Positions 12,881 to 26,696 of a stretch of 64,000 nucleotides of DNA are shown one piece after another. Origin of the DNA: Squalus acanthias (lineage: Eukaryota); NCBI GenBank assembly GCA_030390025.1, contig CM059441.1:21514001-21578000 (forward strand), given 5' to 3'. Every line of letters begins with the position of its first letter. Within the stretch, counting starts at the first letter, position 1. The notes below the pieces were generated by a model, which had not been told where the DNA came from, searched no databases, and saw only the letters and a program-made list of their open reading frames with translations. Both the position numbers and the translations under genes were made by a program.

Positions 12881-13573
12881 AAGCCCGCCCACTGCGTTTT
12901 CCAGTCCAATTAGAGGAAGTGGGTCTGGTGATGTCATTTCATGAAGCGTCATCAGCTGGTTTCCTTAAAGGGGCCATGGCCAACTTTATATTGACATTTG
13001 TGCTGACAGTGTTCTACAGCATTGAAGTGCTGCAAACACTGACAATCACTGCACAGAGGCACAGGGCTACACCCAGGTTCTCCCATGACTCCTTCCATAT
13101 GCTTATGGAGGGAGTCAGAGCACGCAGGGAGGTCCTCTTCCCTTCCGATGGAAGAAGGGACCTCCCCAGGAGACCAACACAGCCTGGTTGCACATTGCAG
13201 AGGAGGTCACAAGCAGGGATGTCGTCAGGAGGACCTGGGTGCAGTGGCGCAAACCTTTCAATGATCTCATTATATCACGAAACGTTAGTACAAAGCCACA
13301 CTCACCTTCATCCTGCTGTGCCTCTCATCACATCCCCATCACTCTGCCTTCCCTACCCTACCCTTGCACATCCTTACACACACCAAATTACCTTGCACCT
13401 CCACCTATCCCTCTCTCTCTATCTACATTATCACATCCCCATCTCATTAGCCATCCCTCACACTCACCCTCATCCTGGTGCAGTCAGACCAACTAACAAC
13501 ACACAAGGGTAGGCACTTGTGTGTTTTATCTAATGTTCATGTAAAGTTTCTGTAATGTGCTGTCAAACATTAA
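12881..13573 (+). mobile_element. Fragment of another Harbinger with Myb/SANT exon 1; related sequence continues at 57585-58799
   Basis: PRFSHDS..LMEGVRARREVLFP..WLHIAEEV..RRTWVQWRK.FNDL; 13290-13573 matches 57585-57840. Confidence 0.7.
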
Positions 13574-16500
13574 GGGGGAGAAATTCGGTATCGGCCCGTT
13601 TGGGGCGCTATTATCGGCCGGGCGCAAAGTTTAGCACCCGGCGCTAATTATCGCCTCCGACTGCAAACTTGGCCTCTATCGCCCCTGGAGGTGATTTGAG
13701 CGCTAAATCAGGCGCTACACACCTGTCTTAAGGCGCTAACGTCGAGGAGCGAGGCGCTACCTCAGAGCGCTACCGAAGCTCAGGTGATGTCAGTTAGCAA
13801 TGGACCACAGACAGACTGGAGCCGGCCAGTTCTTAAAGGGGAGGGTCGATGTTGCTGTCCAGCCACGCCCTGCTCATTGCAGCCTTGAATCTCGGCTTGG
13901 AGAGACCTGTAAAGCAATTGTGCTGGAACCACCAATGGATAGGCCCAGGGAAAGAGCTCAGCGCTTCAGCGACCGGGCCTTGGTGGCTCTGGTTGGCGCT
14001 GTGGAGCGGCGACGGGCAGTTCTCTACCCACAGAGTGGCAAGAATCCATTGCCCCGTGAATACAGAAGAGTCTGGAGGGAGGTGGCTCAGCACGTCTCCT
14101 CGAGGAGCCTGGTGCCAAGGACCCACACCCAATGTCGTAAGAAGTTCAACGACCTCACTCGGGTGGTCAGGGTGAGTGGCTGCTTTTCAATACCTCTACA
14201 TCCCTCCATCTCAACTTCACTCTGTGCCCAGAGGGTTTAAAAACCCCAAATACCCAACACTCATCCAAGACCTATAGCCATCTCATAAAACACACACGCA
14301 CATTCCACACCTTGCATACATTAATGGCTATTCAACTATGGGAGGCACATCAGGCAAGTACATGGCTGCATACATTAAGGGCTATTCAACTCTGGGAGGC
14401 ACATCAGGCAAGCACATGGCTGCATACATAAAGGGCTATTCAACTATGGGAGGCACATCAGGCAAGCACATGGCTGCATACATTAAGGGCTATTCAACTC
14501 TGGGAGGCACATCAGGCAAGCACATGGCTGCATATATTAAGGGCTATTCAACTCTGGGAGACACATCAGGCAAGCACATGGCTGCACATTCACTCAGACG
14601 CCGTCCTTTTTCTTGCAGGCCAAGCTCTCTCATAACAGGCGGCAGCAGCAGGAGGAGGACCGGCTGACCTACCCTTGAACCCTGCTGCTTTCAGATAGTG
14701 AACCACCAGCTGATCAGCCTTTCCTCAACCTATCAGTGTCAGCGACGCCCCAGGCGAGGAGGAAGAGAGGGAGCCCATTCTGACACTGGGACCACGCCTT
14801 CCCTGGAGGGGAGCAGAGGGGTAGGGCCTGATGAGGGCGGAGCTCCGGGACCCAGCGGGCTGCAGCAACGCAATGGGGGTAGGGAAGCTCGGGGGCCAGC
14901 TCCCCGGAGGGCGAGTAGGCAAGCGAGTCCTGCTGCACAGGACTCAGATGAGGACCGCGTCATCGCGGCCATGAATAGCCAGGCCTTGAGCATGCACACT
15001 GAGCTCATGGGTGCAATGGCAAGGGTGCCCGAAAGCATGGATGGACTGGCTAGGAGTGTGGAGCAGTCCGCTGCAGCACAGGCCGACGCAACGCAACGGC
15101 TTAGTGCTGCAATTCAGTCATTGGCTGTTGCCATCTCGTCTCAGACTGCTCTCATGCAGTCTCAGATTGATGTCACGCAAGCACTGACTGCTTCCATCCT
15201 CACTGGGTCGGCCACATTGCCCCGGGGCTCTCACGGTGCCGCAGCAGGCCAGCAATCTGTGCTCGAGCAGATTGCTCCGGATGCTGAGGTATTGCCCCGT
15301 GGGAGTGCCAGTGTGTCGGTCAAGCAGGAAGGTGCTGTCCTCTCTCAGGATGACAGCATTCCTGCTCCCACCACTGGCACTTCCCCATTGCACTTGCCAC
15401 GGCCTGCAACATAGCCAGCCCAGACTGCTGCCGCCCATGTAGAGTTGGTGCAGTCTGCAGCCGGGGCCTCCAGGCCCAGAGCTGGTCGAGGGCGTCCTTC
15501 AAGGGCATCTGCAGTGTCTGGATCCAGCATTGAGCAGCCTTCCACCGGCCTTGCTGCAGCCACTGGGGCCCCATTACAGAGGAGCAGTGGGGTGGGAAGG
15601 GGGAAAGTGCGCAGGGGATGGAGATCACCCTCGAAGGGCAAACAGTAGGAGGTCTAAATAAATGGTGAGAATGTTTGTGGTAAAGGTCGAGGTTCGTGTG
15701 ATTACATTTGTTTACTGTTTTTCCGTTTATCTCCATCTTGTGAGAACGAGTTCTGTTTGTTCATGATTTGTTGTGTTGGTTTCTAATTGTTAGTCCTGAA
15801 TAAATGACACACACAGAGTTTGATAAAGTAAAAAGTTTTTGTATTCAAAATATACATTTTTGGCCTTTGGAATCATTCCAGCTTTGGCCGGCAATAGGGG
15901 GTGCGGGTTGCTTTCCATGATGTTGTTCTCCATGCCAGAAGACATCTTCTGAGTAGGGGCCTAGAAGCGGAATCTTATCAGCCGTTCACGGACGGCCCTT
16001 GCACTGGCAACATTGTGGCCTCCGTCCCACGTTGGTGCTGCTGCTGATCCTCCTCCTCCTCCTCCTCCTCTTCCTCTTCCTCCTCCTCAGGTGGTGCACC
16101 AATCCCTGGTGGCATTGGCTGGGTCCTCAGGATTGCCAGGTTGTGAAGCATGCAGCTCACAACTATGAACAGGGAGACTCGCTCAGGAGAGTACTGCAGG
16201 GCTCCTCCTGAGTGGTCCAGACAGCGGAACCGTTGCTGCAGCACGCCGATCGTCTGCTCAATTATGTTCCTGGTGGCGAGATGGCTCTCATTATACCGCA
16301 GCTCGGCAGGGGTGTTGGGGTTACGGAGCGGTGTCATCAGCCAGGTGCAGAGTGGATAACCCTTGTCCGCGAGGAGCAATCCACTTGGGTGATGAGGTGC
16401 CTGGAAAAGGTCTGGCACACCAGTCTGGCGCAGGATGAAAGCATTGTGGCTGCTGCCAGGATAGCGGGCATTGACGGCGAGTATGAGCTGTGTGTGCTCA

Positions 16501-17261
16501 CAGACCAACTGCACATTTAAGGAGTGGAAGCCCATTTTCATGCGGTGACCGCAATGTCACATGCGTGCAGTCAATGGCACCCCGCACCATGGGGAAGCCC
16601 GCTATCCTAGCAAAGCCCAATGCGCGTTCATGCTGTTTGGCCCGGGTCATGGGGAAAGAGATGTACTGGCGTCTCCTTTTATACAGTGCATTTCTCACCT
16701 CCCGGTTACAACAATGGACAGCGAACTGGGAGATATTGGCGATGTCCCCAGTAGAAGCTTCAAAGGAGCCGCTAGCAGAAAAGTTCAGAGCCACTGTCAC
16801 CTTCACTGCCACCGACAGAGACGTCCTGGTCCTCAGTTGACGCTGCAGATCTGGCTGCAGCAGGTGGCAGAGCTCAGTGACCACCTCCTTGCTGAAGCGC
16901 AGCCTTTGCAAACACTGCTCCTCAGACAAATGAAGGTATGAGAACTGCTCCCTGAATACCCTCGGAGGGTAAGTTCTCCTGTGCAGAGGCCTGTTGGCCC
17001 TCCTCCCTCTGGCCATGTTTGCCAGTCTCTCTCTGCGTCTCTGCTGCCTCCGATTCTGCAAGTGCAGGACGACAACCCGATTCAGTGCAGCCCCCACAGT
17101 CTCTTCTAAATCGCTGCAATGAAGGTCAAATCAAAATGAACCTGCAAAGTGCTGCTCAGGACCCAAAACTCCTACACACAGCGTTGAATCTCTCCAGAAG
17201 TCTCTCTCCTTCTCAGAATGCGTGGTGCAAAAATGTCGCTGAGAATAAACGCAAGGAAGCG
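13574..17261. mobile_element. Harbinger element with convergent Myb/SANT (+, from 13935) and transposase (-, 17097 to ~15960) genes; right end missing
   Basis: Left TIR after TAA (GGGGGAGAAATTCGG). Myb exon 13935-14171 intact. Transposase D(GAIDCTHV)-D(LADKGY)-E(IIEQTIG) with a frameshifting deletion near 16540. Confidence 0.88.
14314..14590 (+). repeat. 54-bp tandem repeat, ~5 copies, in Myb intron 1
   Basis: Unit GGAGGCACATCAGGCAAGCACATGGCTGCATACATTAAGGGCTATTCAACTCTG. Confidence 0.92.
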
Positions 17262-19285
17262 GCCTTCCATCAGCCTTGCTGCAGCCACTGGGGCCCCATT
17301 ACGGAGGAGCAGTAGGGTGGGAAGGGGGAAAGTGCGCAGGGGATGGAGATCACCCTCGAAGGGCAAACAGTAGGAGGTCTAAATAAATGGTGGGAATGTT
17401 TGTGGTAAAGGTCGAGGTTCGTGTGATTACATTTGTTTACTGTTTTGCCGTTTATCTCCATCTTGTGAGAACGAGTTCTGTTAGTTCAAGATTTGTTGTG
17501 TTGGTTTCTATTTGTTTGACATGGAGAAACTGTTTGCTTGGTGGGGCAATCTAGTCTAAGGCGACATATTCTAAAAATTAGAGCTAAACCATTTAGATCT
17601 TTGTTGGGTAAGGATATCAAAGGATATGGATCAAAGGCGGGTAAATGGAGTTGAGGTACAGAGCAGCCGCGATCGAGGGGTTGAATGGGCTGCTCCTGCT
17701 GCTATGTTCCCATGTAACCCGCCCATTATAGAATCCTCCCAACTTTCATTCCATTGGTATAAAACGGTTGTTACAAGAAAAGGAAGGGATGAAATGGGAA
17801 AGGCTAAAAAAAAGCACTTTGCTGCAGGGCACCAGGGACAATGGTTTTCACACAAGAACACAGAGGCAGTCAAACTTATCCAGTGAAGCACCAAGGGGCT
17901 CTGACACAGACCCAATGCATTTGTTGCTGGCAACCTCGACTAGACTATTGAAAATGTATTTAATAAAGTAGCCAAGTCAATCTTTTTCTGTTGCCAACTG
18001 TCCACAATCACAGCTGCTGGGAAACATTTGTTGCCTGTGAGAAAATGGTGCTACATGTATTCAAGAGCAACACAACTTGCTCCTTTTCCCATCACACGTG
18101 CAATAGTGCTGGGGGAGGGAGGAGTGTGATCTCAACACAGCTCCAGCCCATCACAAGCTTTTCCTCAATTTGTTGCCAGTTCCAGGATTCTGTTCAGACC
18201 TGACATGTAAAATAATGCATCGTTCTCAGTATCAGTGAATCTGATGCCTTAAATATTTTCTTTTTCAGTTCATCAATGAATCAGATCGTCACAGCTTGAC
18301 CAATGTGGTAAAATGAAGATTCCCTGGTTACACCGACCTTGATGGAATTGTGTGTCCGGATCAAGTATTCATTATTCATCCAGCTTTGTACATTTTTTAT
18401 GCCAATTGTACAGAATAAAATGGATTTCGGCATTAAATCAAGTTGACCATTTAATTAGTGGAGGAAAAATCAAAGCCTAAACCACGGCGCCGTCCTTTAA
18501 GTCGTTGTCTCTCTATCTACATCTTAATAATAATTTATCTGTGTATCCACTTCCTGTCCGCACAACTTGACTTCTTGTTTCATATTTTTGTCACAATTTT
18601 GGTGTCAATTTTTAAACCTGAAAATATCACTAACACATGAACCATATTCTGAAAGAAATAGGAAACTTGACTTAATCATTCACTGGAAACCAATAGCTCT
18701 AATAATATGTTGCACTTTTACATGGGATGGAACAATGGCCCGGATATTGCGTGGAGAATAACGGTAAGGCTAACAGAGCTCACCGTTATTATGGAGTAAA
18801 TGGGACAGCAAGTTCCGGAGTACGCACACACGCAGTTAAACGCTGACATCCGGAAGTTGCGTTCCACGTTACCCTGTTCCTCCACAGGCTGCACCGTAAC
18901 AGTAGCTCGCCGACAGACTCGGCATTGAAATCAATGTAAGGGCGTAAAGTTGCGGTAATTACCCACTCGTTACCCAAGAAACACGGCAGAAAAAAGTTAG
19001 GGCTGGTGCATTCAGGTGTAAATGAATTTTCAATGGTGTGATAAGTCATAACTACTGCCAAACAACCACTCTAGCCCTGAAAATTTAATTTTACAAGTGT
19101 GGAGTCTCATTCCTTCAGAATTTAATGAGTGTTGGAGATTTAAAAATACATTTTTTAACCTTTTCTGTCTGTCTCTTTTATCCCTCTCTCTTAATTCCAT
19201 CTTTATTTCCCAATCTTTATTATGTTTTCTGTACGTGATTTAAATCTAATTGGTACTTCCTGGTTTATAATTCCTGGTTTCCTGC

Positions 19286-22200
19286 GGGGGTATAATTGGG
19301 CTCTGTAGCGCCCATTTCTTCCTGCTGCCTCCTGCTGTGTGCCACCTTCTCCTGAAAAGAAAGAGGGATGTACGTCAATGAGTGTCATGCAAGATGTTTG
19401 GGTGATGTGGCTGTCATGGTTGAATAGCTTACAGTGTGTGCAAGCTGTGAGATGTGGATGTGAGGTTTGCAACAGTGCTAAGGTGTGAGGGTGAGATAAG
19501 CATATAAATGTTAAGTATCAGTCCTGATTGCTAGAGATTGTTGGTAGGTGAGTGATGGGGATGTAGTGAATTGAGCAGTGGAGGATGCTAGTGATGCAGT
19601 TGAAGGATATGGCCTTTGAAGATACACTCACTGACCTTGACAACTTGTGTGAGATCACTAAACTTCTTCCTGCACTGCATCCAGGTCCTTGGGGCTATAC
19701 TGTTGGCATTGATCTCCACCGCTATCTCTTCCCACTGCTGTCTGAGCATGTGCCTGGAGGGCCTCCGCACCCCCCCTGAGGATACAGGACATCTCTCCTT
19801 CTTTCCACCTCTTCCGCCAAGATCTCCAGTGCAGTGTCCGAAAAACCATTGTTGATTCTTCCACAGCACGATATTCAGAATGATCTGAGCACCACCATAG
19901 AATCATAGGGCTAGAAATCCATTATAGCCCAGGAATGGGCGGTAAAATTAGAAAAGTTGGAGAATTAGCGCCAGGCGCTAATGCTTTAGACTGCACGCAA
20001 AATTCGTGCTCACTGCTCAAAGAAATGATTGGAGTCTTAATTCAAATCTTGAAGCCCAATCTCATTGGCGTTACACTCAAAGGGTGGACCAATATCGGGT
20101 GCAGTCTAATCTCAAGTCATGATTGCCACAGGCTTTTTTCAGTACTTAAAGGGGAGGTTCATTGATGCTGCAGAACTTCATTCTCAGCATTGCTAGCTGT
20201 GCAGCTGCCTCAGCAAGCAGCAGCAGGTCAAGAAGAAGGAGCTGGTGGACTGAAGCAGCTGTACTCATGGCAGATCCACGCCCCAGGGAGAGAGCCCGCA
20301 GATCCTGTGATCAAGCATTGGAGGCGTTGGTGTTCGCTGTGGAGAGACAGAGGGCGGTGCTCTACCCTGCTAATGGCAGGAGGCTCTCGCCGCAAGTCTT
20401 CCACACCATGTGGAGGGAGGTAGCACAGCACATCTCATAGAATCATAGAAAGTTACAGCACGGAAGAGGCCATTTCGGCCCATCGTGTCCACGCCGGCCA
20501 ACAAAGAGCTAACCAGCCTAATCCCACTTCCCAGCTCTTGGTCCGTAGCCCTGCAGGTTAGAGCATCCCAAGTGCACATCCAAGTACTTTTTAAATGTGC
20601 TTCGGGTTTCTGCCTCTACCACCCTTTCAGGCAGTGACTTCCAGATCCCCACAACCCTCTGGGTGAAGAATTTTCCCCTCAAATCCCCTATAAACCTTCC
20701 ACCAATTACTTTAAATCTATGCCCCCTGGTTTTTGACCCCTCTGCGAAGGGAAATAGGTCCTTTCTATCCACTTTATCTATGCCCCTCATAATTTTATAC
20801 ACCTCAATAAGGTCTCCACTCAGCCTCCTCCATTCCAAGGAAAACAGACCCAGCCTATCCAGTCTTTCCTCATAGCTAAGATTCTCTACTCCCGGCAACA
20901 TCCTTGTAAATCTCCTCTGTACCCTCTCTAGTGCAATCACATCTTTCCTGTAATGTGGTGACCACAACTGCACGCAGTACTCTAGCTAAGGCCTAACTAG
21001 TGTTTTATAAAGTTGAAGCATAACCCCCCTGCTCTTGTATTCTATGCCAGGGCTAATAAAGGCAAGCATTCCGTATGCCTTCTTAACCACCTTATCATCC
21101 TGGCCTGCAACCTTCAGGGATCTGTGGACATGCACTCCAAGGTCCCATTGTTCCTCTACACTACTCAGTGTCCTACCATTTAATGTGTATTCCCTTTCCT
21201 TGTTAGCCCTCCCAAAATGCATTACCTCACACTTCTCCAGATTGAATTCCATTTGCCACTGTTCTGCCCACCTGACCAAGTTATTGATATCTTCCTGCAG
21301 TCTACAGCTTCCTTCTTCAGTATCAACCACACAGCCGATTTTAGTATCATCTGCAAACTTCTTAATCATACTCCCTATATTCAAGTCTAGATCATTGATA
21401 TATACCACAAAAATCAAGGGACCTAGTACTGAGCCCTGCGGAACCCCACTAGAGACAGCCTTCCAGTCACAAAAACACTCATCAACCATTACCCTCTGCT
21501 TCCTGTCTCTTTGCCCTGGATCCCATGGACCAGTGTAAGGGTTCGTGCCTGTGTCTCAGACGGTGCTGGTGCGAGGTTAGGCCTTCGTTGCCTAATACTT
21601 TTGCGTGCTCTGGTCTCCGGCCAGCCTTATTGCAATAAGCACCTGTGAGTGGTTCGACCCACTCACCCTTACGGTTCTAACACTGGACTTAGGTGCAGGA
21701 GCAGTAATGCAGAGAAAACTCAAATAGACCCGGTTGAATAGTACGAAATGGAAATCTTTATTGCATAGCGTCCAAAATCATGAAGTACATGTCATAGGCG
21801 CAAATCAACGAGAGTACAAGTATACATACATTCATAAAGCTTGGTCTATGGAAATGAAGAACGCACGGCACATCGTAAAAAAGGGGAACACATTATACTT
21901 TATCCTTAATAAAGCCACCCTCCCTTATCAATACCTACACTACGTCTAGATTTGTAGGATCGGGAAACATCTCATGTTACTCGTGTTACTTCGGATAATT
22001 TTTAAAGTGAGGCACTCAGCTCGTTTCGCTGCAGCGCCTGACTGTCACGTGTTTGGAAGGGTCTCTGTACCCCACTTGTTTATTTTCGCTGCTGCGACAA
22101 GCAGGCCAGACTCTCTGTTGTCATGAGGAACTCGACAGAACTCGGACACGTTTGTAGAATTCAAAGAAGAGTCTTCCTGTTCCCGACTCCGGTTGTCGGT

Positions 22201-25200
22201 AGATTTCAATGAAAAGTTCTTTATTATATTTTCGGGCGCGGTCGGGGTTTACTGACCGTGGCGGCACGTGGATTCTTCTTCTTTTCTTGTCGTCTCATCT
22301 CGTCTCTTCGGGCCTCCGGGTCCAGACACCGTTTACCGACACTCGGGATGGTGCACCCCGTTACTTGCCCTTGTCGTGGCGGCTCGTTCCGATTGAGCTC
22401 CACCCAACATTGGAATAACCGACCAGTATGGCTAAAAGTCAACAAAGTCCAGAGAAAACACAAAGGCTGCTCGTCCAGCAGAGCGATACCCGAGGATCAG
22501 GATAAGAGAATAAGAGCCAGCCGGGAGAAAAATAAGAGACCGATGGACATTTGTTCTCTATAGTTATGGTGCTGTGTCCCCTTATCTCCCGCTCAAATCT
22601 TAATGTTTGTCCTTTGTGTAATATTGGCGCACAAAACTCCCAGCATGGGGCGATTCTTCTCTTTAACGGGTTTCGGTAGCACCTGAAACTGGCCAACTAT
22701 CCGTTAATGTTTTCCCCATTGTTGACCCAGCCAGGAGTCTCCCTGACTGGTTTTGGGGCCTCCCCGAATACTGACTTAATCACCCGTCAATGTCTCTCTC
22801 ATTGTAGAGCCGTGGGGGTATTTGTGTATTGATGTGTCTGGATGGGCCTTCGATTGCCCAGTACAATGGTCCTTACTGTGCATAGGAAAAAGATTCCAGC
22901 ACTTATATCTTTGCTATTGTTTCAAATGCAAACGGGTTGCATCCTGTCTTTATCAGTGTTTACCGAGTATGATCCAATCTTATACTGAAATGTATATTCG
23001 ACGCCATCTTGTCTGCCCACTGTGTTTCTGGAAGCTTCTGCCACGATGCGTGGTGGCCATTTTACAGGCTTCTGTGTCCTTTATTATCAGGACAGCATTT
23101 CGTTTAATAAAACTGATCAAACGAATCTGCTTCTCTTATGTTATTTCGAATCGCGATAATTGCGAAACTTTACACAGTCTGCCATGTGGAACCTTATCAA
23201 AAGCCTTGCTTAAGTCTATAAACACTACATCAAACGCACGACCCTCATCTACCCTCCTTGTTACCTCCTCAAAAAATTCTATCAAGTTTGTCAGACACGA
23301 CCTTCCCTTAACAAACCGTGCTGACTATCCTTGATTAATCCGTGTCTTTCTAAATGAAGATTTATCCTGTCCTTCAGAATTCTTTCAATAATTTTCCCAC
23401 CACCAAGGTTAGACTGACTGGCCTGTAATTACTTGGTCTATCCTTTTCTCCCTTTTAAACAAGGGTACCACATTAGCAGTCCTCCAGTCCTCGGGCACCA
23501 CACCTGAAGCCAGAGGCCGGGCAGCTCTGTAGTCCCCAGGACACACACACAGTGCAGGAAGAAATTTAACGACCTCACTCGGGTGGTCAGGGTGAGTCAA
23601 TGCTTCAATAAATGCTACATACCACCATCTGAAATACAGTCTTTACAGACTGCCCAAAGCACCACACCCCCAGCACTCACCCACCAACAATCTCTACCTA
23701 CCAACACTCACACCCACATCTTGCACATTGCACACAATGACAACTCTACAACCATGGCAGGCACATCATCCAAACACATTGCTCCACATTCAGTCACACA
23801 CTTTCCTTTCTCTTGCAGGCCAAGGTGGCTCACAACAGGAGGGAGCAGGAGCGCACAGGCGGGGGACAAGCCGACACCCAACCACTGTCTGTGCTGGAAA
23901 ATACAGTGCTGCAGATTATTGGACGCCAGGTGGTGGGCGCCGTGGCCATCGGCGACGTTGACCCCCTTGGGGACAACAACGGTATGTTCATCCCTACTCC
24001 TTCTTCTCACATGCCACTTCCCCCTCACCCCACAAGCTTTTTGCACTTCCCAGCTAATCATGCTGTATGCACGTATTTCTCCCTTCCTGCCCCACTCCCC
24101 TTACCTTAACCTGACACATGTGCCTTTATGCTTTCAGATAATGAACAAGCACCTGATTAACCTGTCCCTGAGGGCACTGTAGAGAGCGAGGCGGGAGAAG
24201 AACACACCGTGTCACTGCATGTCTCACCCGCAGGCACCAGCTCAGATACTGGCACTACGCGTTCTTTAGAGGCTAGTGTAGTAGCGGGATCGGCACAGGG
24301 TGAGGCACTGGGGACAAGTGGGCTGCAGCAAGGCCAGGGGGAAAGGGTAGTTCAGGGGCCAGCTCCCCGGAGGGCGAGTTCTCGTGCGAGTTCTGCTGCA
24401 CAGGACTCAGATGAGGACCTCGATGGGTAGGTGTTTAGAGGAAGAGTGATGGGCATGCACACGGAGATGATAGGTGCAATGGCAAGGGTGCCCGAGAGCC
24501 TCTCGGCAATGATAAGGAGCGTGGAGGAGTCCGCCTCCAACATTGCACAGAGCGCTGCGCACACCATGGAGCCCATCATTTCCAGTCTGTAAAGGATGGT
24601 AAACTCCCAGAGAGACCGTGGCGACCCAGACCTGATGCCGCGTGTGATGGGCGATCTGTCAGCTTCCATTGCAGCACAGGCAGAAGCGACACAACATCTT
24701 AGTGCTGTAATGCAGTCTATGCTTGGTGGTATCCAATCTCAGACTGCTCTCATGCAGTCTCAGTTTGATGCCACGCAAGCTCTGACTGCTGTCATCGTGC
24801 CTGGGTCTACCACCGTCTACCGGGGCTTTCACGGTGTCACAGCAGGCCAGCAATCTGTGCTCCAACAGGTTGCTAGGGTTGCTGAGGTGCTGCCTTGGGG
24901 GAGTGGCAGTGGGTCAGTGAAGCAGGAAGCTGCTGTCCTCTCTCAGGATGACAGCATTCCTGCTCCCACCACTGCCACTCCACCATTGCCCTTGTCGCTG
25001 TCTGTCATCCAGCCAGCCCAGACTGCTGCCGCCCATGCTGAGGTGGTGCAGTCTATAAACGGGCCTTCTAGGCCCAGAGCTGGTCGAGGGTGTCCTGCAA
25101 GGCCATCTGAAGGCTCCCGCTCGGACACTCAGCAGCCTTCCACCAGCCCTGCTGCAGCCACTGGGCCAACACATCGTAAGAGCACTAGAGTAGGGAACGG

Positions 25201-26696
25201 CACATTAACGACAGACACTAAGGGATTGCACAAGGGTGAATAGTTAATATTTTTGTTGTAAATATGTTTTCACTGATTATTGATAAATTTATTAACTCAG
25301 TTTGGATTCTTTTGTGATGTGTCGCATTGCAGCTTTGCGCTGTGATATGGCCTGCGACAGGGATGGAATGATGGGGATGTGGTGAGCAACGGGGATCTGG
25401 GGTTTAATTCATTGGAACCAAAGTCTGATGAGGCAGTCACGGACCGCCCTTCCGGAAGGCCAATTGAGTGGCTGTCTGCTACCTCGCTCGTGTTCCTCCT
25501 CCTCCTCGTCCTCCTCATCGTCCTCCTCATCTTCCTCTTCCTCCTCCTCTCCCTCTTCCTCCTCCTGAGATGGTCCCGCAATCCCTGGTGGCAAGGGCTG
25601 GGCCCTCATAATGGCCAAGTTGTGGGGCATGCAGCAGATTACCACAAAATGGGACACCTACTCAGCCGAGTAATGGAGGGCTCCTCCTGAGCGGTCAAGG
25701 CAACGGAACCGTTGCTTCAGCAGGCTGATGGTCTGCTTGACGATGTTCTTGGTGGCGGCATGGCTCTCATTACGAGTACTGGGCAGGAGTGTTGGGGTTG
25801 CGGAGGGGAGTCATGAGCCAGGTGGAGAGCGGATAGCCCTTGTCTCCGACCAGCCAGCCGCGAGCTTGATGTGGTGGCTGGAAGAGTGCTGGCACACCGG
25901 TGTGGCGCAAGATGAAGGCATCGTGGCTGCTGCCAGGATAGCAGGCATTGACATTAAGGATTAGCTGTCTGTGGTCGCACACCAACTGCACATTAAGTGA
26001 GTGGCAGCCTTTGCGGTTACAGAAGATCTCAGGATTGTTATGCGGTGCCGCAAAGCCACATGGGTGCAGTCAATGGTGCCCTGCACCATGGGCAATCCCG
26101 CTATCCTGGCAAAGCGACATGCGCACTCGTCCTGCTTCTCTCTGGTGATGGGGAAGGAAATGTAGTCCCTTCTCCTACTGTAGAGAGCCTCTGTGACCTC
26201 CCGGATGCAGCGATGGATGGCAAACTGCGAGATGTTGGCTATGTCTCCTGTTGCAGACTGGAAGGATCCACTGGTGAAGAAATTGAGGGTGACGGTGACC
26301 TTGCCACTGAGAGAGCCGTGGTCATCCTGATCTGAGGCTCGAGGTCTAATTGCAGGAGGTGGCAGAGTTCTGTGACCACCTCCTTGCTGAAGTGGAGCCT
26401 TCTAATACACTGCCCCTCGCTTAATTGGAGGTCGGAGAAGTGCTCTCGGAATACCCTCGGAGGAAAAGGCCTCCTGTTGAGAGCGCTGATGGCCCTCCTC
26501 CTCCCTCTGGGCACAGGTTCTCACGATATTGGGCCCCCTGCTGATGCGCGCAGCCAATGAACAGCGCTGGCTGCACGCAGAAATCATGGAAATGAACAGG
26601 CAGCACGAAGTTGGCACCCTGCCTGCATTGCAATTAACGGGCGCGGGTTAATCGCACATCGCGATCCCTGCACCCATTTCATCCAATTTAACCCCA
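19286..26696. mobile_element. Duplicate of the composite Harbinger at 399-7299
   Basis: Same termini and TGC flanks; Myb from 20267, transposase ~25395-26540 (-). Confidence 0.8.
21534..23174 (-). mobile_element. Solo LTR, family A (1641 bp), copy 2-specific, inserted in CR1
   Basis: TGTAA...TTACA termini, CAG(T) target duplication, AATAAA on - strand at ~21757; inverted homolog at 61154-62802; empty site near 3785. Confidence 0.85.

Noticed and set aside
14314-14667. CRISPR-like array or 18-aa repeat protein
   Set aside because: The units are contiguous with no unique spacers, the context is eukaryotic, and the repeat sits in a transposon intron. The ORF is a by-product of a stop-free 54-bp unit.
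15978-17097. Domesticated host HARBI1/NAIF1 genes
   Set aside because: Frameshifted, multi-copy, and bounded by TIRs, so these are transposon copies.
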